In this document: positions 1 through 12,400 of the stretch, piece by piece
How the letters are laid out: each line of letters begins with the position of its first letter
Numbering within the stretch: the stretch's first letter is position 1
Origin: Sarea resinae
Taxonomy: Eukaryota
Assembly: GCA_026026165.1 (NCBI GenBank)
Contig: JAPEUD010000008.1
Location: 124,001-188,000, forward strand
Length of the DNA: 64,000 nt
Reading direction: 5' to 3'
The notes under the pieces: model-generated
Told to the model about the DNA's origin: nothing
The model's input: the letters and a program-made list of their open reading frames with translations, nothing else
The model's database searches: none
Made by a program: the position numbers and the translations under genes

Positions 1-756
1 GACGATCTTCGAGGCGGCTAACGACTCCGGCAGGGTAGGATTTTCCGAAGCATGACCCCTTCAAGGCACGTCAAAACTGTCCAAGCTCGCAATGGAAGGA
101 AGAAACTCACCATCCTGCCCAAACGGCATGGACACCCATACGCTCCGCGATATCGACGATCAGCTCGACGTTTGCGTAATTGTTGTTGTTTGTGCCACCG
201 GGGACCTAACGTGGATTGGGTTATTATGCGTCTGCCACAAGCTTGACTCGACTCGACTCAAAGTCCCCGCCCAATGGGCGCATTCTTGATGGGAGTCCAA
301 GGGGAACTTACCTCGACGTACTGGTCCGCCATTCGAATATAGTCGGCATTTGCGTGCAAATCCTCTGGCGTGGCCATGACGGTGAATGAAATCGCCCGCT
401 CGTCGCCAAATGTTTCGTACGCCCATTTTCGTACCGATCTGATCTCTTTGACGGCAGCGATACCATTGTTGGCAATGAGAACCTATGAGTCCACGGGTTA
501 GCTCAATGTCGGAGGGAATTTTCTGGAAGGCTGGATATCGGATAAAACTCACCGAGGTGATAACGGTGTGGCCATCGTGACTTGCCACGAAATCCTTCAC
601 CGGACCGGCAGGCGCCGCAGACAATTCATTCCCGCCAATGAAGTGGGAGGGTATGTCATGCTTCGAAGAATATGAATTGGATGTGCCTTTTGTTCCATTG
701 GTGATAGGGACCGTCACGCCATTCGTGGTGAGCGGCTCCTGACCTTGTCCGCTCAT
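1..756 (-). CDS. ACC1: Acetyl-CoA carboxylase, 5' part (biotin carboxylase N-terminus); gene continues off the left edge
   Basis: Exons 756-553, 482-312, 205-111 and 58-1 with GT-AG introns splice to ...[32 protein letters not shown]...[42 protein letters not shown], the signature of eukaryotic ACC. Confidence 0.97.
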
Positions 757-3631
757 GCTGACGTCGGAGATAATTGTGAGATCTCGTTCAGGAGGAAGCC
801 GAGTGGCCGAGGCAGGAAAGTGATGATGCCGAACCAGATGCTCGTCACGATGACTGCTTCCAATATTGATGGCGGACGGGAAGTCTCCAATGATCGTGCG
901 TGAGGGCTGGCGAGGGACCTAAAGCAGCAACTGGGAGAAGAGCTGCTCATCAAGGTGCACCATCTGGATGATGTTGAAGACGAAGGGTAGGGTGTGATGT
1001 ATTAGGATGATGACAGAGAATTGGATGGAGGAGGGGGATGGAGATGATCAGGATCTGTCGAGATCTATATCGGGTCTCTCACTCTGACTTCCGTGTGTAA
1101 CGGCAAGAAAGTGTACTCGGAGTAAGAGGAGAAGAAGGTGTGGCAGTTGGTGGAGGTGGATGGTCAATTGAGGTTCGAGAATCTGAGAGTCGAGTTTCGG
1201 TTTAGGTTGGTTCAGCTACTCTACACACCGTAGGTACCTTAGGTAGTACTCGAGCAAAGCTAGGTCGGGTAGGTACTGAAGTAAGGTAGGTAGGTCAGGT
1301 AGGGTAGGGTACCTCAGGGCTGTGGATGAACGTGCCTGGGACCAGACGGGCTTAGCTTGGGCAAGCTGTTGAGCATTTGGCATCCACGGATCTCTCGTCA
1401 GCCAGTAGTGAGAGCGTCGAGGGGATCTCATTTGCTCCAGCGCTGCTCTGTGCTGCTCTTCGTTGAATGATGACTTCGCCTATATTGCCCCAGGGGGTAT
1501 GGTGTCCCGGAGCCACAGCCTGTACCGAGTGGCCATCTGCCTGCGGTACTATGTACCATCCGTGTCCGCCCTCCACCCTTTTCCTGCGGTCAGGGCCTGC
1601 CTCGGGTACCTCCCGTACAGGTACCCAGTACCTCGGTCGCGAAAGCGCTGCCACATTCCCCATGCACCGATCAGGCTAACCCGCCAGACCAGCCAGACCA
1701 GGCCCAACGAAGTGGAAATCAATATCTTTTGGAAGTACGGGAGACCACCACTTTCCTCCTTCGTCCATGCTCCACCCTCAGATTGGATTATTGCCATGCT
1801 CCATGACACCTGCGTCGCTGCGTGTTGAGGGTCTAACGATGTACACCCACGACGGGAGTTACTTCTCGTGGTGGTCACTCTCTCACTTCACTTGCCCGTG
1901 AAATATGCCGCTTGTCTACTCCTCCTGCACACGAGAAAGGGATATACAACGATAAGGTCCGTAGAGAAGAGGAAGAAAAAAGAAGCTGGAAAGAAGCACC
2001 CCACCCCTGGGGACCGGGTCCAACATGGAAGGGTTACACTAGTGCATTATCGAGATCGTGCTTTGTACTCCCGTGCATATGGATGGCATTAAGCTATGTC
2101 GCAACCTGAAGGCACCTAGGTACCTTGGGTGCCTGAGGGACTCGCAGGAAAAAGTTGTTGGGTCCGGTGTCTTGTCGCAGAAATCATTGCGGAGGAACAG
2201 AGAGAAAGAGAGGCCGCCAAGAGTACTCCGGAGTAGAGTACCAGACCCTTTGCACCTCGCGAACCCTCTGAGGACAGACTGTGGACATGTACCGACCATA
2301 CATGAGGGAAAGCCCTGGTCCCTCGATCCCCTTTCCGTAACTGCTGAAGATCAAACACAAAGCCCGAAAGTAAAGATACCGTCCTCCTCCTACTTCGTAC
2401 ACGGCTGTCAGATTTCCATGATTCTTGTCGGATCCAATGCTGCTGGGGCGTCATCATGGATATCGATCCGAACGCCATGCCTTGCCCTATGTTCCACATA
2501 GGTACCTACCTACTTCACCTACCTCTCTGCCTACCTACCTAAGGTACCTTACTAGGTAAGGTACCTATTGAAGCATCGCGTGCCTATCTTCCTACTATGT
2601 ATTCCGAGTATACATGAGATATCTCGACTGGACTTGGCCCTCCTGACCCGATGTACGAAGTACTCTCGATACAAGAGGTACGAAACGTATTGGACACATC
2701 CATCCGATATGGGTAGCTCAGATCCATGCAGAGTTCACGTAACTTCCAGGTTCGTACATACATACAGCGCTGGTCACTTCAGCCCCAACGGCAGATCGCC
2801 GACAGCGGGTCCCCTCCACAGCCGGCTTTCTTCCCTTCCGTGGACGTGGGGCCCTGTCTGGATAGATAAGGTGTTCACTACCTACCTACCCACCTAGGAA
2901 GGCAACGACCCAGAGCCAAGACGGCGAGAGAAACAAAAGTCATGGTTCCAGTAACAGTTGTCTGGACACTACCACTACTAGATCGAGCTCTACGTAGTTC
3001 CTGTCCGTTCAGTAAGGCAAGCAGGTACTTACTACCTAGGTAAGGTCCGTTCGGCTAGGTAAGATAGGAGGTAACCTACCTACTAGGTAGGTAAGGTAGT
3101 GGTAGCAGCTCTGTATAGTTATTGTTGTTATATTGAACAAGGTAGATTGGTCTAAAATCTGCCGTGTGCGGCATTATCTACCATCCTACACTTGCCGTCT
3201 TCGTCGTCGTCATGCCGGGAGTAGGTTCCAATTTAGCCTTTCCGGTACAGAAGAGAAGCAGGAAGAATCTGATCCTCTATTATCACGGCGCATTGGAGAC
3301 TGGCTGAGCGTAAATCCCCGTGATGCGCTGCCGAAGCGCACAGAGCACGTGTTTCAGAGTTTCATGTCCTTCCTGAACCCGCATTTCAACAAGCCGATCA
3401 TCATCGGCAATAGAGTACTAATATGTGTGCATGTCATGTCGTGATTTGGTCGTCAAGATACAGAAGTGACCCGTGGTATCAACATGCAAAGTCCACTTGC
3501 CTGCCTCCCTGAGACTCCAAATGCCCATATCAACCAGAAAAGAAAGGAACGTATGTAAAGACCGTCATCATGGCTATCCCTCCAGTCTTCATCAGGAGAT
3601 GAGATCCAGGCTCGGTGCCGTGGTATCGTCT

Positions 3632-5504
3632 CTAGTAGGTTTCGCCAATTCCACTCATTTTCCTCCTGCTTTCTCGTGGTGTCGTATCTCGCTCTCCATC
3701 GTCTCCTGTCCCTATACTTGCCAGACGCGACCCCACGGGCTTGGCCAAGCCGCTTACCAAAGGCCCACTCCGTCTTCGAGGGAGTCCCGAAGGGGTTGGA
3801 ATACCCGACCCTTGAGCAAGATCGTTTTTCGTAAGAGTCGATCGTCTGGGGGTAGGTGTTGAGAAATCCTCTTTCTCGGTCGTCTCGGAGACGCTCGCAG
3901 ACTGTCCATGTCCATGAAGAGACGAGTAGTGGCCACCTACAGAGGACCGTGGCCGACGACTCTCAGCTACGCTGCTGGTAGAGTAATGACCAAGCGGTGT
4001 TCGTGTCCCAGTAAGGCTTGCTCGACTGCTTGGACGTGCATACTGACTAGTCGAACTTCTGCTGGAAACGCTCGCCCGACTGTTGGGCCTGCTATCGGCA
4101 CTCTTGTCACTCGGATGAAATCCGCCAAAGGAAACCCGGTTGACATGATTCGTCGAAAGGGGGATCGATTCGCCGGCGTCTCTCATTGAAGATGCTGCAC
4201 TGGCAGTGCTACCGCTAGCACGTTTCCGATTACTCCGCACAGTGACTGTTGAGGGAATGAAGTTATTACCTAAGGCTGAACCACTCCTTGGCGATGCTCC
4301 CGGTGGAGTGTTGACAGGTGCTGGTAATTTGGAACGAGCAGAGTGAACACGCTGTTCCAATTTTTGCATTTTGCCGATCAATCCACGTATCTGGTGAAGT
4401 GAACCTGAATGAGGTAGGCCGGGTGCGTCATTCATCTGGGCTCTGGCGGTCGAGCCAATACGAGAAACAGAAGATGGCGGCCATCCGTTACTTGATGGCG
4501 CCGAGGGAAGCTTGGACTGTATTTGGGTTCTCGAGGCGAAATGCGAAAGACGAGGAGTAACATTCGGATCTACCGCAGGAAGGCGCCTTTTGGGGAGGCT
4601 TGGCGCAGTCTTGGATGTTGCCGTAACGGAAGACTCTGATATTGGAGGTGATGGAGGAGTGGGCATCTCAGACACTGTAGATGATCCAGATTCCGGTGGA
4701 GGTGGGGTAGACATAGTCGGAGAGGATGTCGTCGTTGCGGGTGAGCTCTCTAATATGGGCGAATGTGGAGCATGGCCATTGGAGGATGCCAGGTGTGTAT
4801 TTCCAATATTTTGACGCTCAGCCGCCGCTTCCACATGCTTAAGCTTTTCTTGCGTAATCTCCGCTTCGATCTTGAGGTCGGAAAGCTCGTCACGCAAACG
4901 CTGCGTCTCTATCCGTAAAGCCTCGCGTTCTTTCTCACCGACCATAATCTCCTCCTCCAGTAAGACATTTCTCTCGAATGCTACATTATACTTTGACTCC
5001 AGATCCTCCAGAGACGATGAAGTATTTCGTGCCTGCCTCTCGAAATCATCGTTGGCGACCTCGATGTCTCGCAGCTTTAGCTGAAGTGTCCGAGTGGTGT
5101 CGCGTAAGGTCGTGATTTCTTTTTGGAGTGCATTTTGTGCCGCATTGCTCTCGGTCTTGGACTGCTTGTATTTTGTCTGCAGATTGAGATCAAATTAGCG
5201 TTCACTCAACCCCACCACGCCTAACAAGAGACGGTCCAGAAGGCGATTGGGCCCAAGTCTGGATACTGACCTTCCACTCATCGACCTCGAACCCTAATCC
5301 CTCCAGCTTCTCTTGTAGTTTCCTTTCCCTCTTCTCCGAAGCCTCTACGTCCCTTTCGAGCTCAGCTTCAAGCTCTCGGCTGGATGCTTGAAACTCTGCG
5401 AGCTCAACCTCCATCTGCTCGTATTGAGACTTGTAGTAAGCCAGCTCCTCTTCGGGAGTTGAATTTGTGCCCGGAGGCGACGTTGGCTCGTCCAAGGAAG
5501 GCAT
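3632..5504 (-). CDS. nudE: Nuclear distribution protein NudE/RO11 (NDE1/NDEL1 family)
   Basis: Exon 5504-5271 ([33 protein letters not shown] coiled coil), GT-AG intron 5270-5177, exon 5176-3632 with [29 protein letters not shown] and a Ser/Pro-rich tail; ~592 aa. Confidence 0.93.
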
Positions 5505-6892
5505 GGCTGGGTCTGGCGGTGAGGTGGACTAGTGACGGAGAGGGCTGGAAGAGGAGTTCGTTTGCTCAGGTTCGTCGAAGAGCATTCAAGGTGTGGACCC
5601 GTTTGCGTGCTGTATCTGCGATCCAGTCTGCGGTTTGGATGCCTTCAAAGGGGTCGGCAGATATCCCTAGTCCGGGTCATTTCACAGTGACTGTCGAAAT
5701 GACAAGTGCCCCAGCGAACAGGACAGTCCTGGGTCGATACCCGCTGGAGGTGGTCGACTTTTGTTGACCCCGGCGGCCCTGGCAGGTTATTTGGCGTCTG
5801 GCGCTCGACTTACCTTCCGACCAGAAGCTGGTTGTTGATTGTCGAAGGTCTGTTGTCGTCGTGGGTCGCAGGTGTCGGAAAGTCGGTGGACGACTCAATC
5901 AGTCACTTTATGACGATCAGGGGGGGTGTTGTATCTGTTTTGGTGTGTGTGTGTACGGGGTGTGTACAGTACAATGCGTACCGCGTTGCTAAGGCTGCAA
6001 TCGGTACCTCCAGGGCCTCGAATACCTTGCCCATGATGCACCGGGGCTGTTAAGATTGAGGTGGCTTGTCTTAGTCATTCGCTGGAGCTCGGAACATTGG
6101 AGTCACGATGAAGTTGACCACAACACCAGTGCCAAGTCTCGTGCCAGCAATGGTCATGATGGCAATGACAAGATTCAGGACAGTGGAGATAATCGCAAGC
6201 AGCATCTCCCCATGGATAGGTAGTAAGGCGTAGTGGCAGAGTAACCTGAGCTACCTAGCTACCTGCCGTGATCTTTAAAGAACGAGAATCAGAAGATCAA
6301 TACCTGGAATCCCATTCCAGTTACTCATGAAAGTAGATCACGGGTGGGCGCAGTTTAAGCATCATCTCAGATCCATTCAAACATGGCCTTTATTCTCTAT
6401 TGACCGACTCGACTTAGGACACGGTTCGGTGGATCACGATTCTATTATTGATGGCTGTGCCTGAGGTGTGTATTGATCCAGTGGGTGCGCACCGACGGCG
6501 GCCAGGATTTCATAATTGCCCTGTAAGCTGTACTTCTTACAGCCCAGCTACAGATAAGATGACCAATGATCGACATTAGTATCCACGATAAGTCAACCGC
6601 GCCGATAAGGCTTCCACCAAGTGTTTCGAGAACACAATTGCTCATCGCTTTGCCCGTACTACTACTGTCCATCGACTGGGAACATCATGCCGGCACGCTG
6701 TTGTGTAAACATGGATCAGCCAAGGGTCGTTGCCGTGTACGTGGAGAGATGCTCCCACAGCACTTGCAGATAGATAGACCTTTAAAGCCGGCGGAGGCCC
6801 CACCTTCGTCTGCTATTCGGCCATTGTGCTATTTTGGACTTTGGAGACCGCATCTGCTCTTCCCGTCAGCAAGTGACCTGCTGTTGAATACC

Positions 6893-8696
6893 ATGGGGGC
6901 TGATCGCAAAGTCTTTGATGATCAGATGCAAGATGATGTCGTTCTTGAGAATCTGGGATACCAGCAAGGTACTGTACTCCCCGCAATGTGCTCTCCGGTT
7001 TAGATATACTAATTCAATTTACAGAGCTGAAGCGGTCATTTGGACTCCTGGGGATGATTGGTTTCAGCTTCAGTATAGTGACAAGGTCTGTATATGTGTG
7101 AGCTTGCTTTGGAGTTGGACGCCTGCTCAATTGGCAATCTAGTTGGACTGCTCTCGGAGGTGTCTTGATTGTGGGAGTGGAATCTGGCGGCCCTCCAGTG
7201 ATGATATGGAGCTGGATCGGAATCAGTGTCTTGACTCTCGCGGTGGCATATTCAATGGCAGAAATGTGCTCGGCATACCCTGTTGCGGGAGGTCAATACT
7301 CGTGGGTCGCTATCCTTTCACCTCCCTATCTGGCAAGAGGACTGTCGTGGGTCACAGGATGGTTCATGATCACAGGTATGGAGCCTCTAAACGAAACCCC
7401 ATCGTCCCGCTTGCTCACAATATTTAGGAGTCCTCGCCATGGGCGCCACGAACAATTTCGTGGCCTCGAATTTTATACTCGGTCAAGCTAATCTGTCCTA
7501 CCCCGAATATACAATCGAAAGATGGCACACTGTTCTACTAGCTTATCTCATCAGCCTGACCACCGCTCTCGTAAATATTCGGGGCCCACATCTCCTGGAC
7601 CGAATTTCTCGGGGCGTCTTGATCTTGAATATCGCGTCTTTTGTCATCGTCGTCGCGGTCATCCTTGCCTGCAATGATCATAAACAATCGGGATCCTTTG
7701 TTTTCAAAGACTTTCAGAACTTTACCGGCTGGGGTTCGGCTTTTACCGCTATCTTGGGTGTTCTCCAAAGCGCCTTTGGTATGTGCTGTTACGACGCGCC
7801 TTCCCACATGACCGAGGAGATGAAAAATGCTTCAAAAGAAGCACCGAAAGCCATTATCATGTCTGTCTATATAGGTGCCTTCACTGGACTCATATTCCTC
7901 ATCGCGGTGTGCTTTTGCATCGGCGATATTGACACTGTAGCCTCAACTACGACCGGAGTACCTCTAATTCAGATATTTTATGACTCCACCCGGTCCAAGG
8001 TGGGCGCCTGTTTTCTGGCCTCATTGATCTCCGTCATTGCTCTTGTTTGCGCAAATGCTTTGCTTGCGGAGGGCTCCCGGTCATTATACGCATTTGCAAG
8101 AGACAATGGCCTTCCGTTCTCCCACGTCTTCAGCAAGGTGGAGCCGAAAAAGCAAGTGCCGATAAATGCGATTTTGCTTGCTACTGTCTGTCAAATGGCC
8201 TTGAACTCAATATACTTTGGTACGGCTACTGGCTTCCAAACGGTCATCTCTATTGCCACAGAAGGTTTCTGTAAGTCTTTGTTTCGAATCGCTCCTCCCT
8301 TCTCAGCTCTCGCTGACTGGTCTCTCCGTAGATTTGTCTTACGCAATGCCTCTATTCGTCCGGATCCTGGCTCGTCTCACTGGTCACCACAAAGTTCTGC
8401 AAGGTCCATACAAGCTTGGGGAATATGGCCTATACTTGAATCTCATCGGCTTCATCTTCCTGCTTTTCGCGGCCATCACGTTCAATTTCCCGACTGCCCG
8501 TCCGGTCACGAAGGATAACATGAACTACACGTCCGCTGCTATTGGGGTCATTGGAGTCCTTAGTCTTGTTACTTGGATCTTCACTGGCCGGAAAAATTTC
8601 GCTGGTCCTGAGATGCATCTAGTGGGCGAGCCTGTTGAGCAGGAGGCCGATATTCCTGTTGTTGAGGTCGGGATGAAAGAGAAGTCAGCGACCTGA
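6893..8696 (+). CDS. APC-superfamily amino acid permease (GABA/choline permease-like)
   Basis: ATG 6893; multi-exon; motifs LENLGYQQ/ELKRSFGLLGMIGFSFSI, AEMCSAYPVAGGQYSW, YDAPSHMTEE, SRSLYAFARDNGLPFS, NMNYTSA; many transmembrane segments. Confidence 0.92.
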
Positions 8697-9482
8697 ATGC
8701 AAAAGGTATAGAAAGTATGTAATCTATCGTCACGTGAATTACATTTCCATAGAAGAACTCCCAGGAGGGAGCCTTTTATCTAGCTTAGCAGCCTCAGCCG
8801 ATGGGTGCTCTGCTCCTGCGTGCAATCATGTAAATGGACTATAAGTTTTGCACGTTGAAGCGCAAGTTCCGGATGAGTAGCTGCTGTAATCATCTACAAA
8901 GGCTTCAATTGATTTGGCCGAAGGACAGGTAGCTTTCTAGACAGTATTTAAACATTAATTGGCAATGCTGCCCAAGTCAGTCAAATATTAGGGTGCTTGA
9001 AATTGAAAGTCTGTGCCTTTGCTTCGCATCTTGAAAGCGAAGGTAGCCAGAGCTTCCCTACAGCCATCTATGTAATTATCTTTGTCTCCAGTATTTCACT
9101 CACTACGCAAACATCTCATGCGATTGGTACACAACCGTAAAGGACAACAAACGAGTCTGAGCCTCATAGATGATGTGTGAAGAATGACGTTGATGACTGC
9201 GGTGGCCTCTGACTGATGGTTCTGATGTTTCCCGCTCTCTCGCAAGTCTCATTGTGGCCTCGTCAGCAGGTGTAGCAGCACATACCAGCATTTAGGCAAC
9301 AGCCGAATAACCTCGACAACAACGACATCCCTTGCCACAATGCTTTTGATATGGCCCAGACTGTTCGCAACTATCTGCTTCCATCGCCGGTAATGCTCTG
9401 GAATCCACTGGTTCTTGAATGCTAATCTCGATTGCGTCCTCTATCTATTTCTTTTCATCCTGCGTTCCATACATTCGTAGCC

Positions 9483-12400
9483 ATGAGAGGCTTCCGACAA
9501 CGCCTTCTCTCGCAGCCTCTTTCGCAGAGTCTGACGAATCTGTACTTGGACGCAAAGACTTCTTACGAGACGGTGACTCGCCCGAGGGAATTAGAGGATG
9601 ATCCGGAATTCGTCGCTCTACATCGAAGATTGCGAATTCAAAAGGACCGACTTGCTACATGGGGCTTGGACTGGAGTGATTCCGCTGCCCTGCAAGGCGG
9701 TAATATCGATGAATCTATTCAGGAAGCTGGCTTGGCAGACGTCGTGGCAAGCGTCATGTCATCAATCCAAGAGATACTGAATGATGTCGAGAGCAAGCAG
9801 ACTTCTGAAGTGTCTCCGAAAGGCTTCGAGGATTCTGGGAAGAACCAGCCAGGGCACCGAAGGACAGAGACAGACAAATTGCGTCTAGAAGACTCAATCA
9901 AGGATCTCACGACTTCTATCGACACTTTGTACGACCTGTCTAGATCTCGTCATGGATACCATCACGTGGGTGGGCAGCAAACTCGACCAAATGAGAAGTG
10001 GCCAGCTCTCGCGGGCAAGAGCTCTCAGGCATCATCGTTAAGGACCGACCATCAAGACCCTGCTGATCTGGCAGATAACGAAGTCACTCTCTCTCACGAC
10101 TTGCCATCTTCTGGATTGCCCCAGTTGAAAGCGGAACTGCTTACGACGTTTCAGTCAGGTGATACGATCTCATCTCTGTCACGCCCTCCGCCATATGAAC
10201 CGGTAGCAACACCCTCTACTGTCAGGACCATCGGTCTTTACCACGGTCATGATTGTCCGAAGTCTTCTTCTGAAGCAGGAGAGAAAGAGTGCCCAGCTCG
10301 AGTTGTTCTGATCGAATACCTATGCCCATCCACTCTGGATCCAGCTGCGAGTCTCTCCGCAGTCTCATCTAAACTACAGAGTCCGGATCGGCCCTCCCAT
10401 CAGATCAAAAAGCATTACAATGAAACGTACACGGGCACGCTGAATCTGATAGGATACTTCAAAGATGCCCAGGGATCTCGTCTCGGGTTAGTATATGACT
10501 TACCACATGACAAGCCTCGCTTTACGAACAACCCTCAAAAGTTCTTACAGCGTTCGACGCCTTTCACTCTTCTCTCACTTCTACCGTCTAGCGGAAGTCC
10601 AACGAATACATCAGTGCCAGCGCTCGAGGATCGGCTACGCCTTGCTTTCAATCTCACTTCGACACTATTCCGGCTCCATGCAAAGGGAATTGTACACCGC
10701 AACGTCAACAGTAATAACGTTGTGTTCTTCCCACCTACCCCGCCTGAACCCGCCACTACTAAATCTACTTCTTCCCGTCCGCACAGGGGGCGGAACTGCA
10801 ACATAAGGACTCCGTACCTTTGCTCCATAGGGATGCTTCCTGACCCTGAGTCTGAGCATCCTACCAATTTGCGGCCCTCGAGTATCTATCGGCATCCATT
10901 TGAGGAAGATAACGCCAAGGCAATGCCATCATTCGACATCTACAGCTTAGGCCTGATTCTTCTGGAAATAGGCCTCTGGATGCCCTTAGGAGAATTTTGG
11001 AAGATGAAATATACCCTCGCAATGTTCAAGTCGAGATTACAGAACATCTATGTCAAAAAATTAGCGGCGAAATGTGGAACATCCTATATGCAAGCTGTCG
11101 AGGACTGCATCGCCATAGACGGGACTACGAACTTTCTTGTTGCACAAGACACCTACACGAGAATCCTAGGACGGCTTGAGCGCTGTTGTTTGATCGATGG
11201 CTATGATAGCATTTCTATTGAGACAACGACTAAGGGTAAAACTAACCCGGAGCATGATGGACTGCCAATTCAGGCGGCACTTAGTTCCGAAGGAAGAGAT
11301 ACAACCTCCCAACCATGGCTGTACGAGAGCGAGAAGCGAGACAGGATTAATAATTTTCCCGAGAAATGCCCTGTCCCCACTTGTCCCTTCCACGAGAAGG
11401 GGTTCGCACGAAAGTCTGACAAGAACAGGCACACGCTTACCCACTATAAAGGAACTATGTTTTGCGGTTTCTGCCATGGGACAGGCTTCTCCAAAGCAGA
11501 GAGCTTCACCCAGGTAGATGTCTTTAAGCGACATCTCACTTCAATCCATGGCGTGGAGCAATCTACTCTGAACAGTCCGAAGGGGAGCCTGGGTTCTGAA
11601 CAGAAAGGATCATTCTCTGTACACCCTCTGGATGCGATAGGCAAATGTTCCATTTGCTTGGCAAACTTTGACAATGCTCAAGACCTCTACGAGCATTTGG
11701 ATGACTGTATCTTTCAATCCATGCAGCAAGAAAATCTCACTCCGGCCACGAATAAAAGGGACGTAATGTCTATCGCAGAGGCTGAATTTGAACAGCTGGT
11801 ATCCCCACAACCAGCAGCACAGCCCCACCCAGGGCTTATCAATCCCACAGATCAGGTGATATCTGATGCCGGAAATTCTTCATCGTCTGCGTCAGTGAAG
11901 CTTCAATCCTCTGGAAACCCCACAGCATGTGTTTTAGATCCCAGTCGGCGGACTGTTCGAAAGCTGCGCGTCTACCCCGTGAAGACTGCTCCTCATCAGT
12001 TGGACGAGTGGCACGGAGTCCTACTTCCTCGTCTCGAACGCTTGCTTGAGAAGGCCGTGCGAGATCCCTACGAGACAGTTAGCATGGACTTTGTTAGTCT
12101 CGGTGAAACACAACAGAAGGCCAGACCGACGATCCTAGTCACTTGTACCAGCGTGAGGGATGTAAACAATATCCTCAGCCGCTATTTCACGTATGATAAC
12201 AGCCTCTACGATCTCAAAGTCCGTAGAGGGAAGATTCATCGATCTAAAGTCTCACGACCGAAGCAAAGGTCACCTCGTCGCTCAGCTGGACATTGGAAGA
12301 ACGAGAACGAAGACACTTCTGCAAAAAATCCCTTTCATCAGCAGCGACCCCTTTGCGGGGCGTCTATAGGTGTTTATAAAGACTCAGAGCATCTACCTCC

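Noticed and set aside
1600..1636. Two CCTCGG (FarA/FarB-type) hexamers upstream of ACC1
   Set aside because: A 6-mer is common by chance, and the known regulon concerns fatty-acid catabolism; insufficient support.
9340..9482. Possible upstream coding exon for the HeLo-like gene
   Set aside because: With the apparent intron 9390-9480, neither upstream ATG (9340, 9351) is in frame with the main ORF; more likely a 5' UTR intron.
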